A stretch of DNA of 64,000 nt from a bacterium HR37. Lineage in GTDB: Bacteria; Desulfobacterota_D; UBA1144; Nemesobacterales; CSP1-2. Below the pieces are notes generated by a model. It had not been told where the DNA came from, did no database searches, and was given only the letters and a program-made list of their open reading frames with translations. Position numbers and translations under genes: made by a program. Below, piece after piece: positions 52,475-63,169 of the stretch; position 1 is the first letter of the stretch; each line of letters begins with the position of its first letter. The stretch lies in contig BEIN01000015.1 in NCBI GenBank assembly GCA_002898375.1, positions 4,414 through 68,413 of the forward strand, read 5' to 3'.

Positions 52475-54133
52475 ATGCTTCTTGGGCTTAACCTAAAGAA
52501 TTTTGCTATAATAGATGAGCTCTCCTTAGAGTTCGGCGAGAGGTTAAACATAATTACGGGTGAAACTGGTGCTGGGAAATCCATAATCGTTGATGCCATA
52601 AATCTTATACTAGGTGATAAGGCCTCAACTGATCACATTAAATCCGGTAGAGAGGAAGCCCATATAGAAGCCCTGTTTGATGTATCTAAAAACAGTATCG
52701 TAAGAGAAAGACTAAGTAATCTGGGGTTTGAGGTTAAAGAGGGTGAGCTTATAGTAAAGCGGGTAATTTCTAGAGGGGGAAGAGGAAGGGTTTTTATAAA
52801 CGGGAGCATTGCAACTTCTTCTATTCTCGAACAGGTTACAGAGGGATTAATAGATATATTTAGTCAACATGAGCATCAGAGTCTCCTTAGGGAGGAAATG
52901 CATCTAGTGGTTCTTGATGAGTTTGCAGGTTTGTCCGGGCTTAGGCAGAAGTTGGAGGAACTCTACAGTAGCTATATTGCGCTTTATAGGGAGTTAGAAG
53001 AGATTGGTAAAGAGCTTAACGAGAAAAACAAAAGAGAAGATTTTCTCAGATTTCAGTTAAATGAAATAGATTCAGCCTTTTTAAGACCGGGAGAAGAAGA
53101 GTCTTTAGAAGAAGAAAGAAAAAAGCTTTTAAATGCAGAACGCCTGTTTTCCCTTACCAATGAATCATATGGGATTCTTTACGAAAATGAGGATTCCGTT
53201 CTGGATGTGCTTAAGAGAATATACAATGGAATCGAGAAAGAGTCAGAATATGATGTAACCTTAGCGGATATCGGTAGATCTCTTGAGAGATGTATTGTTG
53301 AGCTTAGGGAAATTGCCTTTGCTCTAAGGGACTATGCTATGGGAGTTTACTACGACCCGGACAAGCTGAGTATGATAGAGGCAAGGCTTCAGGAGATTAA
53401 GAGGTTAAGGATGAAATACGGAGCAACTGTTGAGGAGATTCTTGAAAAAAGGAAGGCAATAGAGAGTGAGCTTAAAAACCTTCACAGGGCAGAGGACAGG
53501 ATGAAGAGCATTATGGAGAAGACCAAAGAGATTGAAAGAGAAGTTCAAAAATGTGCTAAAGAACTTTCTGAAAAGAGAAAGAAAGCAGCTATTAAGCTTT
53601 CAGAAGCTGTTATGAGGGAGCTTAAAGAGGTTGGAATTGAGAAAGGTGTATTCACCGTTGGATTTGAACAAAAGAGGCTTTCTCCAACTGGGTTGGACAG
53701 GGTTACTTTTTTGTTCTCTGCCAATCCGGATGAAGAGCCAAAACCCCTTACAAAAGTGGCTTCTGGTGGGGAGTTATCTCGGGTAATGCTTGTCCTTAAA
53801 GAGGTGCTTGCGAGAGTAGAGGGAAGTTCTGTGTTGGTATTTGATGAGGCTGACTCTGGTATAGGAGGTGCTGTAGCTGAGGCTGTAGGAAGAAAGATTA
53901 AAAGACTTTCACAGAACTATCAGGTTATCTGTATAACTCATCTACCCCAGATTGCAAAGTTTGCTGACCGGCACTTTAGGGTTGTAAAGAATTTTAGAAG
54001 TGGGAAAACGGAGGTTAAGGTTGAATCTCTGGAGGGTGAAGAAAGGGTAAGAGAGATAGCCCGTATGCTCAGTGGGTTTAAGGTTACAGAAAAAACCCTT
54101 GAAGCTGCTCGTGAGATGCTAGGAGAAGGGTAA
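52475..54133 (+). CDS. recN: DNA repair protein RecN
   Basis: TGETGAGKS, SQHEHQSL, ASGGELSR, FDEADSGIGG, ITHLPQIA. Confidence 0.97.
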   Translation: MLLGLNLKNFAIIDELSLEFGERLNIITGETGAGKSIIVDAINLILGDKASTDHIKSGREEAHIEALFDVSKNSIVRERLSNLGFEVKEGELIVKRVISRGGRGRVFINGSIATSSILEQVTEGLIDIFSQHEHQSLLREEMHLVVLDEFAGLSGLRQKLEELYSSYIALYRELEEIGKELNEKNKREDFLRFQLNEIDSAFLRPGEEESLEEERKKLLNAERLFSLTNESYGILYENEDSVLDVLKRIYNGIEKESEYDVTLADIGRSLERCIVELREIAFALRDYAMGVYYDPDKLSMIEARLQEIKRLRMKYGATVEEILEKRKAIESELKNLHRAEDRMKSIMEKTKEIEREVQKCAKELSEKRKKAAIKLSEAVMRELKEVGIEKGVFTVGFEQKRLSPTGLDRVTFLFSANPDEEPKPLTKVASGGELSRVMLVLKEVLARVEGSSVLVFDEADSGIGGAVAEAVGRKIKRLSQNYQVICITHLPQIAKFADRHFRVVKNFRSGKTEVKVESLEGEERVREIARMLSGFKVTEKTLEAAREMLGEG

Positions 54134-54156
54134 CCGCATTACTACTGAGTCAGAAC

Positions 54157-54702
54157 TCAGGGAACAAACACAACAGCGGCTACTACCGTTGTCCATAATC
54201 CGTTTTTATCTCCTACCGCTGACTGGGTTATGTTCCTCGTTTTTACAACATGGCCGCTTATCTTCCATATATCCTTCTGTTCATCGTAGCTCTTATCCGG
54301 GTCAAATGGTGCACCCAGTATCGTGGCAAGCATGTAGGCTGCTAGATCTTCTGCATACTCCCCAGCAGCACTGTCTGTTTGCCCAAAGCTGTGGTGTTCT
54401 GAGAGGTATCCGTAGTAATTTGGTTTCTTTGGGATTGCCATACCTACCGAAGCAGCAATTAAACGGTGGGGCTCCTGGGTTGAGTTTTCGCTCATTACCA
54501 CATATACCACCTGGCCGGGCTTAAGACGTTTTAGCCCTTCGGACTGTGATATCAGCTTGCAGTTTGGAGGAAATATACTGGATACCCTAACTAGGTTGAA
54601 TTCCGCAATCTTTGCGTCACGCAGAGCCATCTCAAAGCTGGTTAGCTTTTCTTTATGTTTCCCTACACCTTTTGTAACGAAAGCGTATCTTGGCACAAAC
54701 AA
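54157..54702 (-). CDS. pdaD: Pyruvoyl-dependent arginine decarboxylase
   Basis: [21 protein letters not shown] (Ser-Ser self-cleavage site), GYLSEHH, WTTVVAA. Confidence 0.9.
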   Translation of the reverse strand: MFVPRYAFVTKGVGKHKEKLTSFEMALRDAKIAEFNLVRVSSIFPPNCKLISQSEGLKRLKPGQVVYVVMSENSTQEPHRLIAASVGMAIPKKPNYYGYLSEHHSFGQTDSAAGEYAEDLAAYMLATILGAPFDPDKSYDEQKDIWKISGHVVKTRNITQSAVGDKNGLWTTVVAAVVFVP

Positions 54703-54834
54703 CTTTTTACCCTCCGTTTAAACCCAATTTTTTATACTAAATAATTGGTCTTGTCAACACCTTTTGTAATATATTATTAAAATATATACTGATTAGGGCA
54801 AAACAAGGGTGCATGTCTTTGCTTAAAAACGACA

Positions 54835-55524
54835 ATGAAAGTTGAGTTAAGAGAAGATGAAACGATAGATGGACCCTGTGGTCTTAAGGTAATACAAAAG
54901 AAGAAAGGATATTACAGGTACTCTCAGGATTCTATTCAGATTGTGGATTTTGCCAATGTAAAAAGTAAAGATAGGGTTTTAGACCTTGGAACTGGATGTG
55001 GTATTATCGCTCTTTTACTTGCTAAAAAGGGCAGTGGCAGGAAAATAATAGGGCTTGAAATTCAAAAGGAGCTAGTTGATATTGCAAGGAGAAATGTGGT
55101 TCTTAACGGGTTTGACAACAAAATTGAGATTGTTGAAGGCGATATAAGATCCATAAAATCTATATTCCCTCCAGACTCCTTTGACTATGTTATTTCTAAT
55201 CCCCCCTATTTAAAGGTTCAGCCGGGATTTAAGGGACCTATATCACACAGAGCAATTGCAAGGCATGAACTTCTATGCAATATGGGTGATGTTCTGGAGG
55301 CTATGAGGTATGTATTAAAGTCCATGAGAAAAGGGGCTTGTGTTTATCCGGCGTCAAGATTTGTTGAACTTATAGTAGAGGCTAAAAAGAGGGGGCTTGA
55401 GCCTGTAAGGGTTAGATTTGTTCATACAGAGCCCAGAAGAAAAGCAGAGCTTGTTATGGTTGAATTTGTAAAAGGAGGCAGGTCTATTCTTGAGGTGCTG
55501 GATCCTATTTTTTCTACCACCTAG
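54835..55524 (+). CDS. tRNA1(Val) A37 N6-methyltransferase-like SAM methyltransferase (TrmN6/YabB)
   Basis: LDLGTGCG, GLEIQ, SNPPY, IARHE. Confidence 0.85.
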   Translation: MKVELREDETIDGPCGLKVIQKKKGYYRYSQDSIQIVDFANVKSKDRVLDLGTGCGIIALLLAKKGSGRKIIGLEIQKELVDIARRNVVLNGFDNKIEIVEGDIRSIKSIFPPDSFDYVISNPPYLKVQPGFKGPISHRAIARHELLCNMGDVLEAMRYVLKSMRKGACVYPASRFVELIVEAKKRGLEPVRVRFVHTEPRRKAELVMVEFVKGGRSILEVLDPIFSTT

Positions 55525-56890
55525 GTTTTATAATTTTAATCTCAAGTGCTCTTTTCCCTCTGAGCTTAAATCTCTCATCTATCCTCATACCCCCGATCCA
55601 CATGATTTCTCCCTTGCTTGTAAATATGGGTATTCGTCTTCGAAGAAACCTGGGAACTTTCTCATCTATGAAAAATCGCTTCACTTTCTTAAATTTTTTC
55701 ATCCCAAGGGGGATAAATCTGTCTCCGGGACGAAAGCTCCTTACCTCTATTGGAAACCCAGTTAGACCAGCATCAAAGAAGCCAGTAAACCTGTCCTTTG
55801 GTAGCTCTGATAAGCTGATCTCTGTAAACTCAACCTCAACTTCTACAAGTGGAAATTTCCATTTTCCAGGGGAATCGATGGTATAGGAAAACTCCTGTTT
55901 TAGGAGTGATTTCCTAGAAACCACAAAAAGAGCGTAGCCCTTTGCGATTATAACTTCCTGTGGCAGGAAAATCTCTCCTGAAGGTACTTCGGAAGCAAGG
56001 AGCCTATCAATGGAAAGTATGTGTTTATAAGATACTTGTCTTAAGTTGCCCTTTACTTTCTCTATTGCCATTCGAATAAGAGCAAACCTAAGTGCTTCAG
56101 GAAGGGATTTATATGTACGGATTGTACCAACTAGCTCATGTTCTTCTGTAGATTGAAAAACCTTAGGGAATTGCTCTTGTGCTTCCGTTCTTATAAACTC
56201 TTCCTGTGCCCTTATTATCTCCCCGCTTCTTGCAATGGTTTCTTTAATCCTGGGATTAAACTTCTCAAGTTGTGGAATCAACTTGTGCCTTATTCTGTTC
56301 CTTGTAAAATCCATAAGCCTGTTTGAGGAATCTTCAACCCAGCCAATCCCCTTTTCCTGTAGATAGGCTTTTATTTCAACTTTCTTTATCTCAATTAGCG
56401 GCCTTACTATGTATCCCTCAGATACCGGCGGTATACCTGAAAGTCCAAGTGCTCCACTGCCTCTTATAAATCTCATAATTATGGTTTCCGCTTGGTCATC
56501 GAGGGTATGGCCAGTTGCGATCTTTTGTGCCTCATATCTTTTGAGAACCTCTTTAAAAAACTCGTATCTAAGAACACGTGCAGCTTCTTCAAGAGAAAGA
56601 CCTGAGGTTTTTTTGAATCCAATTGCATCTACATTCTTAAGTTCAAAAGGTAAGTTTAGTTTTCTTGCAATTTGTTCTACAAACTCTGCATCTCTTTTAC
56701 CTTCTTCAGCCCGTATGCCATGATTTACATGTGAAACTATTAGTTTAAGATTGTACTCTTTTAGTTCTGTTAAGATGTAGAGAAGTCCGACTGAATCTGC
56801 TCCCCCGGATACACCTACAATAACGGTTTCACCGGGGAAAAGCATTTTAAATCTCTCTATTGTTTCTCTAACCTTCTCTAGGATCTTCAC
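55514..56890 (-). CDS. tilS: tRNA(Ile)-lysidine synthetase
   Basis: VSGGADS, HVNHGIR, EEAARVLRY, TGHTLDDQAET, EDSSN, RNRIRH, TilS C-terminal domain. Confidence 0.96.
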   Translation of the reverse strand: MKILEKVRETIERFKMLFPGETVIVGVSGGADSVGLLYILTELKEYNLKLIVSHVNHGIRAEEGKRDAEFVEQIARKLNLPFELKNVDAIGFKKTSGLSLEEAARVLRYEFFKEVLKRYEAQKIATGHTLDDQAETIIMRFIRGSGALGLSGIPPVSEGYIVRPLIEIKKVEIKAYLQEKGIGWVEDSSNRLMDFTRNRIRHKLIPQLEKFNPRIKETIARSGEIIRAQEEFIRTEAQEQFPKVFQSTEEHELVGTIRTYKSLPEALRFALIRMAIEKVKGNLRQVSYKHILSIDRLLASEVPSGEIFLPQEVIIAKGYALFVVSRKSLLKQEFSYTIDSPGKWKFPLVEVEVEFTEISLSELPKDRFTGFFDAGLTGFPIEVRSFRPGDRFIPLGMKKFKKVKRFFIDEKVPRFLRRRIPIFTSKGEIMWIGGMRIDERFKLRGKRALEIKIIKPRW

Positions 56891-57524
56891 CGTATTGATT
56901 TGATGCTAGCCCTCCGGACACTATTATCTTAAAGGCTTCTTCAACGCTAATATCTACCTCTTTAACTTCATCTTCGGGAACCATTATATAGTATCCACCT
57001 GTTGGATTAAATGCTGTTGGGAGAAAAACCCCAACCACTTTCCTTCCGGAGACTATATCCTGTCTGGTATTTGTTACAAAACCTATTGAGTATATACCTT
57101 TTCTTGGGAATTCAAATATCACAACTCGTTTCATTCCCTTAAATCCATTAGTGGTAAACAGGGTTTTCAGTATCTGTTTTGTGGTTATGTAGATTGTTCG
57201 TGCAAATGGGATTTTGGAGATAATATCTTCCCCTAATTCAAGTAGTTTGCGACCTACATAGTGCCTGGTTACGGCACCAGCAATTAAAACCAGTAGTAGG
57301 GTACCTGTAAGTCCGGTGGAAAACATAATAACCTTAAAGAGAAGTGGGTTAATATCTGAAAGAAAATTGATAAAGATCCTTGAAGGAGCAGCACTTAGAG
57401 TTTCTACAATCCAGCTTCCTACCTTAAACAGTATAAAGATCGTTAACCCGAAGGGAATGGTAACTAAAACCCCTGCAAAAAAGTTCTGTCTAATAGACTT
57501 TGCCGTGTTGAAAGGACTATTCAT
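56868..57524 (-). CDS. DUF502-family membrane protein
   Basis: KIPFARTIY, FEFPRKGIYSIGFVT, VFLPTAFNPTGG, SVEEAFKIIVSGG. Start at ATG 57524. Confidence 0.9.
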   Translation of the reverse strand: MNSPFNTAKSIRQNFFAGVLVTIPFGLTIFILFKVGSWIVETLSAAPSRIFINFLSDINPLLFKVIMFSTGLTGTLLLVLIAGAVTRHYVGRKLLELGEDIISKIPFARTIYITTKQILKTLFTTNGFKGMKRVVIFEFPRKGIYSIGFVTNTRQDIVSGRKVVGVFLPTAFNPTGGYYIMVPEDEVKEVDISVEEAFKIIVSGGLASNQYGEDPREG

Positions 57525-57807
57525 TAAGCAGTTTCTTGTTAAGTGCTTCTCTAAGGAACCTGCTGGGTCTAAAAACAACAACCTTTCTTTCGGCTATTTC
57601 TATGGTATCACCTGTAGCTGGATTTCTACCCTTTCTGGATTTTCTTTTCTGTATTTTAAAGCTTCCAAATCTTGGAAGCTTAATGCCCTCTTCAGCTGTA
57701 AGTTTTTCTTTAACCAAGTTAAAGAAAAACTCAACTATCTCGGCAGATTCCCTCTTTGAAAGCCCTATTTTTGAATGCATTACTTCAGCAAGCTCTTTTT
57801 TGGTCAT
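57517..57807 (-). CDS. ihfA: Integration host factor alpha subunit (HU/IHF family)
   Basis: MTKKELA, FGSF, GRNPATG, VVVFRPS; directly downstream of pheT, the usual ihfA position. Confidence 0.85.
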   Translation of the reverse strand: MTKKELAEVMHSKIGLSKRESAEIVEFFFNLVKEKLTAEEGIKLPRFGSFKIQKRKSRKGRNPATGDTIEIAERKVVVFRPSRFLREALNKKLLNE

Positions 57808-57820
57808 ATCTGCCTCTCTA

Positions 57821-60226
57821 TTAGGTTTTTCGTAGTTCTGCCCCAAAGGCCAGATTCAATCTACCCAATATAGTTTCCTGTATCTTATTTGCTTCTTCAT
57901 CTGTAAGGGTTCTATCTGAAGCCCTAAGGATAATAGATACAGTTACGCTTTTTTTCCCTTTTTCTATTGAACCCCCTTTGAACACATCGAAGATACTTAC
58001 CTCTTCTATCAGTTCGGACTCCGCTTTTTTTATTTCATTTAAAATTTTTGCTACAGGCAGGTTTTCATCAACTACAACGGATATGTCCCTTCTGAGTGAA
58101 GGAAATTTGGGAAGAGAAGAAAACCTTTTTTCTGGAGTTGAAAAACTGACCAACCTATCAAAGTCAATCTCAAATACATATACTGGCTTTAAAATATCGA
58201 GATGCTCTCTAAGGTCTGGATGAATTTCCCCTATAAGACCTACTGTTTCATTGCCAAGAACCAACTTGGCTGATTTTCCAGGGTGGAGGAATTTGACCCC
58301 GTGAGCTTCTTCAAACTTTATCTGCTCTGAGACAGATATGGCCTCAAGTATCCTTTCCACAATTCCCTTAAGATAAAAAAGGTCAAACTCCTCCTTGTTC
58401 CACAGTTCCGGTTGCCCCCTCCCTGTTGCCGCCGCGGCAAGTTTTGTAATCTCTTTGGGAAGAGAGTTATCTTCCGGTATATATACCTTACCAATTTCAA
58501 ATATTCTTATATCCTGAACTTGGTGATTCAGATTGAAGCTTACGTTTTTTAGTATTCCGGCAAGAAGTGTAGTCCTCATTACGGAGCTTTCCTTGGAAAG
58601 TGGGTTTATAATACGCAGAGGAACAAGTGTGCTGAATAGGGCGAGGGTTTCAGGGTCTTCAAAACTATAGTTTATTACCTCCAAGAAGCCAAGAGAGGTG
58701 AGAACTTCCTTTATCCTGTTCTCAAGTATCCTGGTTTTTTCAGGCCTTTGAGTCTTCATATTAATCAGCGGAAGGGTTAGAGGTATCTTTTCGTATCCCC
58801 AGTGTCTTGCTACCTCTTCTACCAGATCAACTTCTCTTGAGATATCCACTCTGAAAGTTGGAACCCTTAAAAGAAACTCATTTCCTCTCTCTTCTGTTAT
58901 TTCAAGCTCAAGGCCTTTTAGTATTTTCTTTACCTCTTTGGCCTTTATATCAGTGCCAAGGGTTGAGTTAAGACGATCTAGGGACAGCCAGATCTCTTTA
59001 GGGTATATAGGTGCTGGGTAAATATCTATTCTTCCCCTGGCTACGTTTCCTCCTGCAAGTCTTCTTATAAGCTCTGAAGCCCTGTCCAGTGCTTTGACTA
59101 CTCCATTTGGGTCAACCCCGCGTTCAAACCTGTAGGACGATTCGGTTTTCAAGTTAAGTCTTTTAGAGGTTCTTCTTATTCTTACAGGGTTAAAGTAGGC
59201 ACTTTCGAGGAGTATGTTTCTTGTATCCTCAGAGATTTCGGTATTCAACCCACCCATTATGCCAGCCAGCGCTATGGGATTTTTGGCATCACATATTAGA
59301 AGGTCTTCCTTATCTAGATTTCTCCTTACTTTGTCTAGTGTCTCTATAACCTCACCTTGTTGTGCTTTACGAACAACTATCCTTCTTTCATGAATAAGGT
59401 CATAGTCAAATGCATGAAGTGGTTGTCCCAGCTCAAGAAGCACAAGGTTCGTTACATCAACTACGTTGTTGATAGACCTTATTCCTACCGCTCTTAGCCG
59501 GTTTTTAAGCCATTGGGGAGAAGGACATATTCTAACGTCTGTAATAACACGGCAGGAGTACCTTGGACACCCCTCCTGATCTAGTACTTCTACGGAAACA
59601 AGCTCCTCTATGTTTTCTGTTCCCTCTAATACGTTGTAGTCAGGGTACTTAATTTCTTTTCCCAGTATCGCTGCAAGCTCCCTAGCTATTCCCACAACGC
59701 TTAAACAGTCAGGACGATTTGGGGTAACCCCTACTTCAATTACCGTATCATCTAGATCAAGAACATCTATCAGCTTGCTTCCGGGCTTTGCGGTTTCTGG
59801 AAGTATAAGTATGCCCTCTCCTTCTTCGCCTATACCAAGCTCGTTTTCCGCACAGAGCATGCCCTCTGATAGCTCTCCTCTTATTCTGGTTGCCTGAATA
59901 ACTATCCCTTCGGGAAACTTGGAGCTTGGAGGCAGTGTTACCCCGGCTCTTGCAAGGGCTACCTTATCCCCTACCTTCATGTTTCTTGCCCCACAGACTA
60001 TGTTGTAGTGTCTTGTGCCATCTGTTACCGTACAGACAACAAGCTTAGATGCATTCGGGTGGGGTTTTATATCCAGGATTTCAGCTACCACTATATCCTC
60101 TAAACCTTTGCCGAGGTATTCTATGGATTCAACCTCCAGCCCAACCATGGTTAGACTTTGGGCAAGCTCCTGTGGGGAGAGTTTAAAATCCAGGTATTCT
60201 TTAAGCCATCTTAATGTAAATTTCAT
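57821..60226 (-). CDS. pheT: Phenylalanine--tRNA ligase beta subunit
   Basis: HPNASKL, IVCGARN, TPNRPDCLS, GQPLHAFD, RFERGVD, KFPSLRRDIS, RTLTDEE. Confidence 0.97.
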   Translation of the reverse strand: MKFTLRWLKEYLDFKLSPQELAQSLTMVGLEVESIEYLGKGLEDIVVAEILDIKPHPNASKLVVCTVTDGTRHYNIVCGARNMKVGDKVALARAGVTLPPSSKFPEGIVIQATRIRGELSEGMLCAENELGIGEEGEGILILPETAKPGSKLIDVLDLDDTVIEVGVTPNRPDCLSVVGIARELAAILGKEIKYPDYNVLEGTENIEELVSVEVLDQEGCPRYSCRVITDVRICPSPQWLKNRLRAVGIRSINNVVDVTNLVLLELGQPLHAFDYDLIHERRIVVRKAQQGEVIETLDKVRRNLDKEDLLICDAKNPIALAGIMGGLNTEISEDTRNILLESAYFNPVRIRRTSKRLNLKTESSYRFERGVDPNGVVKALDRASELIRRLAGGNVARGRIDIYPAPIYPKEIWLSLDRLNSTLGTDIKAKEVKKILKGLELEITEERGNEFLLRVPTFRVDISREVDLVEEVARHWGYEKIPLTLPLINMKTQRPEKTRILENRIKEVLTSLGFLEVINYSFEDPETLALFSTLVPLRIINPLSKESSVMRTTLLAGILKNVSFNLNHQVQDIRIFEIGKVYIPEDNSLPKEITKLAAAATGRGQPELWNKEEFDLFYLKGIVERILEAISVSEQIKFEEAHGVKFLHPGKSAKLVLGNETVGLIGEIHPDLREHLDILKPVYVFEIDFDRLVSFSTPEKRFSSLPKFPSLRRDISVVVDENLPVAKILNEIKKAESELIEEVSIFDVFKGGSIEKGKKSVTVSIILRASDRTLTDEEANKIQETILGRLNLAFGAELRKT

Positions 60227-60343
60227 TTCTGGAAAGAGAATAAATAATTACACTCCATTAGTAAATATGTCAATTGCCGATTAACTTTTTAATTTTATAA
60301 CAAGATCTGCACAACTTTCAATATCAGGTAAAATAACTGTGCT

Positions 60344-63169
60344 TTGCAGGTAATCAGGATAAAAGGGGCAAGAGAACACAACTTAAAGAACATAGAGATT
60401 GAGATCCCTAGAAGAAGTTTTACTGTAATCACCGGGGTAAGTGGTTCGGGTAAGTCTTCTCTTGCATTTGATACCATATTTGCCGAGGGTGAGAGAAGGT
60501 ATATAGAGTCACTTTCCGCATATGCCAGACAATTTGTGGAAAAGATTGATAAACCTGATGTTGATTCCATTGAGGGGCTTTCTCCTTCAATCTCTGTTGA
60601 TCAAAAAACGTTTCAAAGGAATCCACGTTCCACAGTTGGCACAGTAACTGAAATTTACGATTTCTTAAGGCTTTTATTTGCCCGTCTTGGTAAACCATAC
60701 TGTTACGGTTGTGGTAATGAGATATCCCTGCAGAGTGTTGAGAGGATGGTAGAGCAGGTGTTATCTATAGGGGCAGGCAAAAAGGTTCTTGTGTTCTCAC
60801 CCATAGTAAGTGGTAGAAAGGGTGAGTATAGAAAAGAACTGGAGGAACTAAAGAGACAGGGATTTACCCGTGTGAGGGTAGATGGAAAGGTATTTGATCT
60901 GGACGAGGATATAACCCTTGATAAGCACAAGAAACACACCATTGAATTGCTTGTGGACGTGGTTTTTATCGATAATAGCAAAACGACAAGAGATAGAGTT
61001 AGAGATTCTATAAAGCTTGCTTTAAAACTGGGAGGAGGTGTTACAAGGATAGAAACTGAAGACGGTAAAGTCTCTGCTGTTTTAAGTGAGAGGTTTGCCT
61101 GTTTTAGGTGTGGCATAAATTATCCTGAAATCTCTCCCAGGCTTTTTTCCTTTAATAGCCCTTATGGAGCTTGTCCTGATTGCCAGGGATTAGGGGTTAA
61201 ATCTTTTTTTGATCCAGACCTTATTATAGAAAGTTATGATAAATCAATTGAGGAAGGAACTATAATTCCATGGAAAAATTCCAGGTACTTTAGTAGAGTG
61301 TTGGAAAGGCTCTCTAAACACTATGGATTTAGTTTAAAGACTCCTTTTGGAAAGCTCCCTTTAAGGATAAGAAATCTTATTCTATATGGTTCTAAGGATA
61401 AGAGAGGTACCTATAAGGGTGAGGAAGATTATCATCACGCTTTTCCGGGTGTGGTGGGGGTTTTATCTGACTGGTATAGTGAGACGGAATCCCAAGAGGT
61501 AAGGGATATACTTTCTAAGTACATAAGAGTTACCCCTTGTCAGAGCTGTGGTGGTTCAAGGCTTAAAAAGGAGAGTTTGGCCGTTTTGCTAAATGGAAAA
61601 TCCATATACGATGTTGTCAGGATGACGGTGGATGAGTGTTGGGAGTTTTTTGAGAACATCTATTTTACGGATAGAGAAAGGGAGATTGGAAGCAGGATAG
61701 TTAAAGAGCTTTTAACGCGTCTAGGCTTCTTAAAAGAGGTTGGGCTTGGTTACCTGACTTTAGACCGTTCTGCCCCTACCCTTTCAGGAGGAGAGGCACA
61801 ACGTATAAGGCTTGCTACTCAGTTGGGGGCAAAGCTAACAGGGATTACTTACGTTTTGGATGAGCCCACAATAGGCCTTCATCCAAGGGATAACAAGAGA
61901 CTTATTGGTGCACTTAAGTCACTTAAGGATCTCGGAAATACCGTGATAGTGGTTGAACACGATGAGGAAACGATAAGGAGTGCTGATTTCATAGTTGATC
62001 TTGGACCAGGGGCCGGGGAGAGAGGTGGAGAAGTACTTGCATGTGGAGATATATACAGTCTCATTAACAACGAAAGATCTCTAACGGGTATGTATCTTTC
62101 TGGGAAACTTTCTATACCAGTACCTCCTAAAAGGAGAAAACCAAAGGGGTTTATAACGATAAAAGGGGCAAGTGAGAACAATCTAAAGTGTATAGATGTT
62201 TCTTTTCCTATAGGAGTCTTTACATGTGTTACAGGGGTTTCGGGCTCAGGTAAGAGTACACTTGTTATAGACATCCTCTATAAAGCTTTGTCTTCAAAGC
62301 TTTACGGAAGCAAAGAAAGAGTGGGAAGTTATAGGGAGATAGTGGGTGATGAAGCAATAGATAAGGTTATAAACATAGATCAGTTGCCTATTGGACGAAC
62401 CCCTAGGTCTAATCCCGCAACCTATACGGGTGTTTTTACCCTTATAAGGGAGTTGTTTGCAATGCTGCCTGAGGCAAGAATGAGAGGTTATAAGCCTGGA
62501 AGATTCAGTTTTAATGTTCGTGATGGAAGGTGTGGTGGGTGCAACGGAGAGGGAATGGTAAGGATAGAGATGCACTTTCTACCTGATGTTTATGTAAAGT
62601 GTGAGCAGTGTGGAGGAAGCAGGTACAATCCTGAAACGCTTGAGATCCGGTATAGGGAAAAGAGTATAGCTGATGTGCTTAATATGACTGTAAGTGAGGC
62701 TCTAGATTTTTTTAAAAATGTCCCTCATATAAGATCCAAGCTTGAGGTGCTTTATGCAGTTGGGCTGGATTATATAAGACTGGGACAACCTGCTACAACC
62801 CTTTCTGGAGGAGAAGCCCAGAGGATAAAGCTTTCTAGGGAGTTGTCAAAAAGGGCTACGGGAAGAACCCTTTATATACTTGATGAGCCTACAATAGGGC
62901 TACATTTTGACGATGTAAAAAAGCTCCTTGAGGTCATATACAGGCTGGTTGATATGGGGAACACCGTTATCGTTATTGAACACAATCTAGATGTGATAAA
63001 GTGTGCGGACTACATAATAGACCTTGGACCTGAGGGAGGAGATGAGGGAGGATGGGTTGTAGCATGTGGAACTCCAGAGGAGGTTTCTCAGATTGAGGGT
63101 TCATATACAGGTATGTATTTAAAAAAGGTTTTACAAGCCCATAGTAGAGTGGAGGATGATTTCTGTTGA
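60344..63169 (+). CDS. uvrA: Excinuclease ABC subunit A
   Basis: GAREHNLKNI, two Walker A GVSGSGKS, zinc fingers, two LSGGEAQRI signatures. Confidence 0.98.
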   Translation: MQVIRIKGAREHNLKNIEIEIPRRSFTVITGVSGSGKSSLAFDTIFAEGERRYIESLSAYARQFVEKIDKPDVDSIEGLSPSISVDQKTFQRNPRSTVGTVTEIYDFLRLLFARLGKPYCYGCGNEISLQSVERMVEQVLSIGAGKKVLVFSPIVSGRKGEYRKELEELKRQGFTRVRVDGKVFDLDEDITLDKHKKHTIELLVDVVFIDNSKTTRDRVRDSIKLALKLGGGVTRIETEDGKVSAVLSERFACFRCGINYPEISPRLFSFNSPYGACPDCQGLGVKSFFDPDLIIESYDKSIEEGTIIPWKNSRYFSRVLERLSKHYGFSLKTPFGKLPLRIRNLILYGSKDKRGTYKGEEDYHHAFPGVVGVLSDWYSETESQEVRDILSKYIRVTPCQSCGGSRLKKESLAVLLNGKSIYDVVRMTVDECWEFFENIYFTDREREIGSRIVKELLTRLGFLKEVGLGYLTLDRSAPTLSGGEAQRIRLATQLGAKLTGITYVLDEPTIGLHPRDNKRLIGALKSLKDLGNTVIVVEHDEETIRSADFIVDLGPGAGERGGEVLACGDIYSLINNERSLTGMYLSGKLSIPVPPKRRKPKGFITIKGASENNLKCIDVSFPIGVFTCVTGVSGSGKSTLVIDILYKALSSKLYGSKERVGSYREIVGDEAIDKVINIDQLPIGRTPRSNPATYTGVFTLIRELFAMLPEARMRGYKPGRFSFNVRDGRCGGCNGEGMVRIEMHFLPDVYVKCEQCGGSRYNPETLEIRYREKSIADVLNMTVSEALDFFKNVPHIRSKLEVLYAVGLDYIRLGQPATTLSGGEAQRIKLSRELSKRATGRTLYILDEPTIGLHFDDVKKLLEVIYRLVDMGNTVIVIEHNLDVIKCADYIIDLGPEGGDEGGWVVACGTPEEVSQIEGSYTGMYLKKVLQAHSRVEDDFC

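Noticed and set aside
60227..60343. LexA/SOS box upstream of uvrA (and recN)
   Set aside because: No match to the CTGT-N8-ACAG, GAAC-N4-GTTC or GTTC-N7-GTTC boxes was seen.
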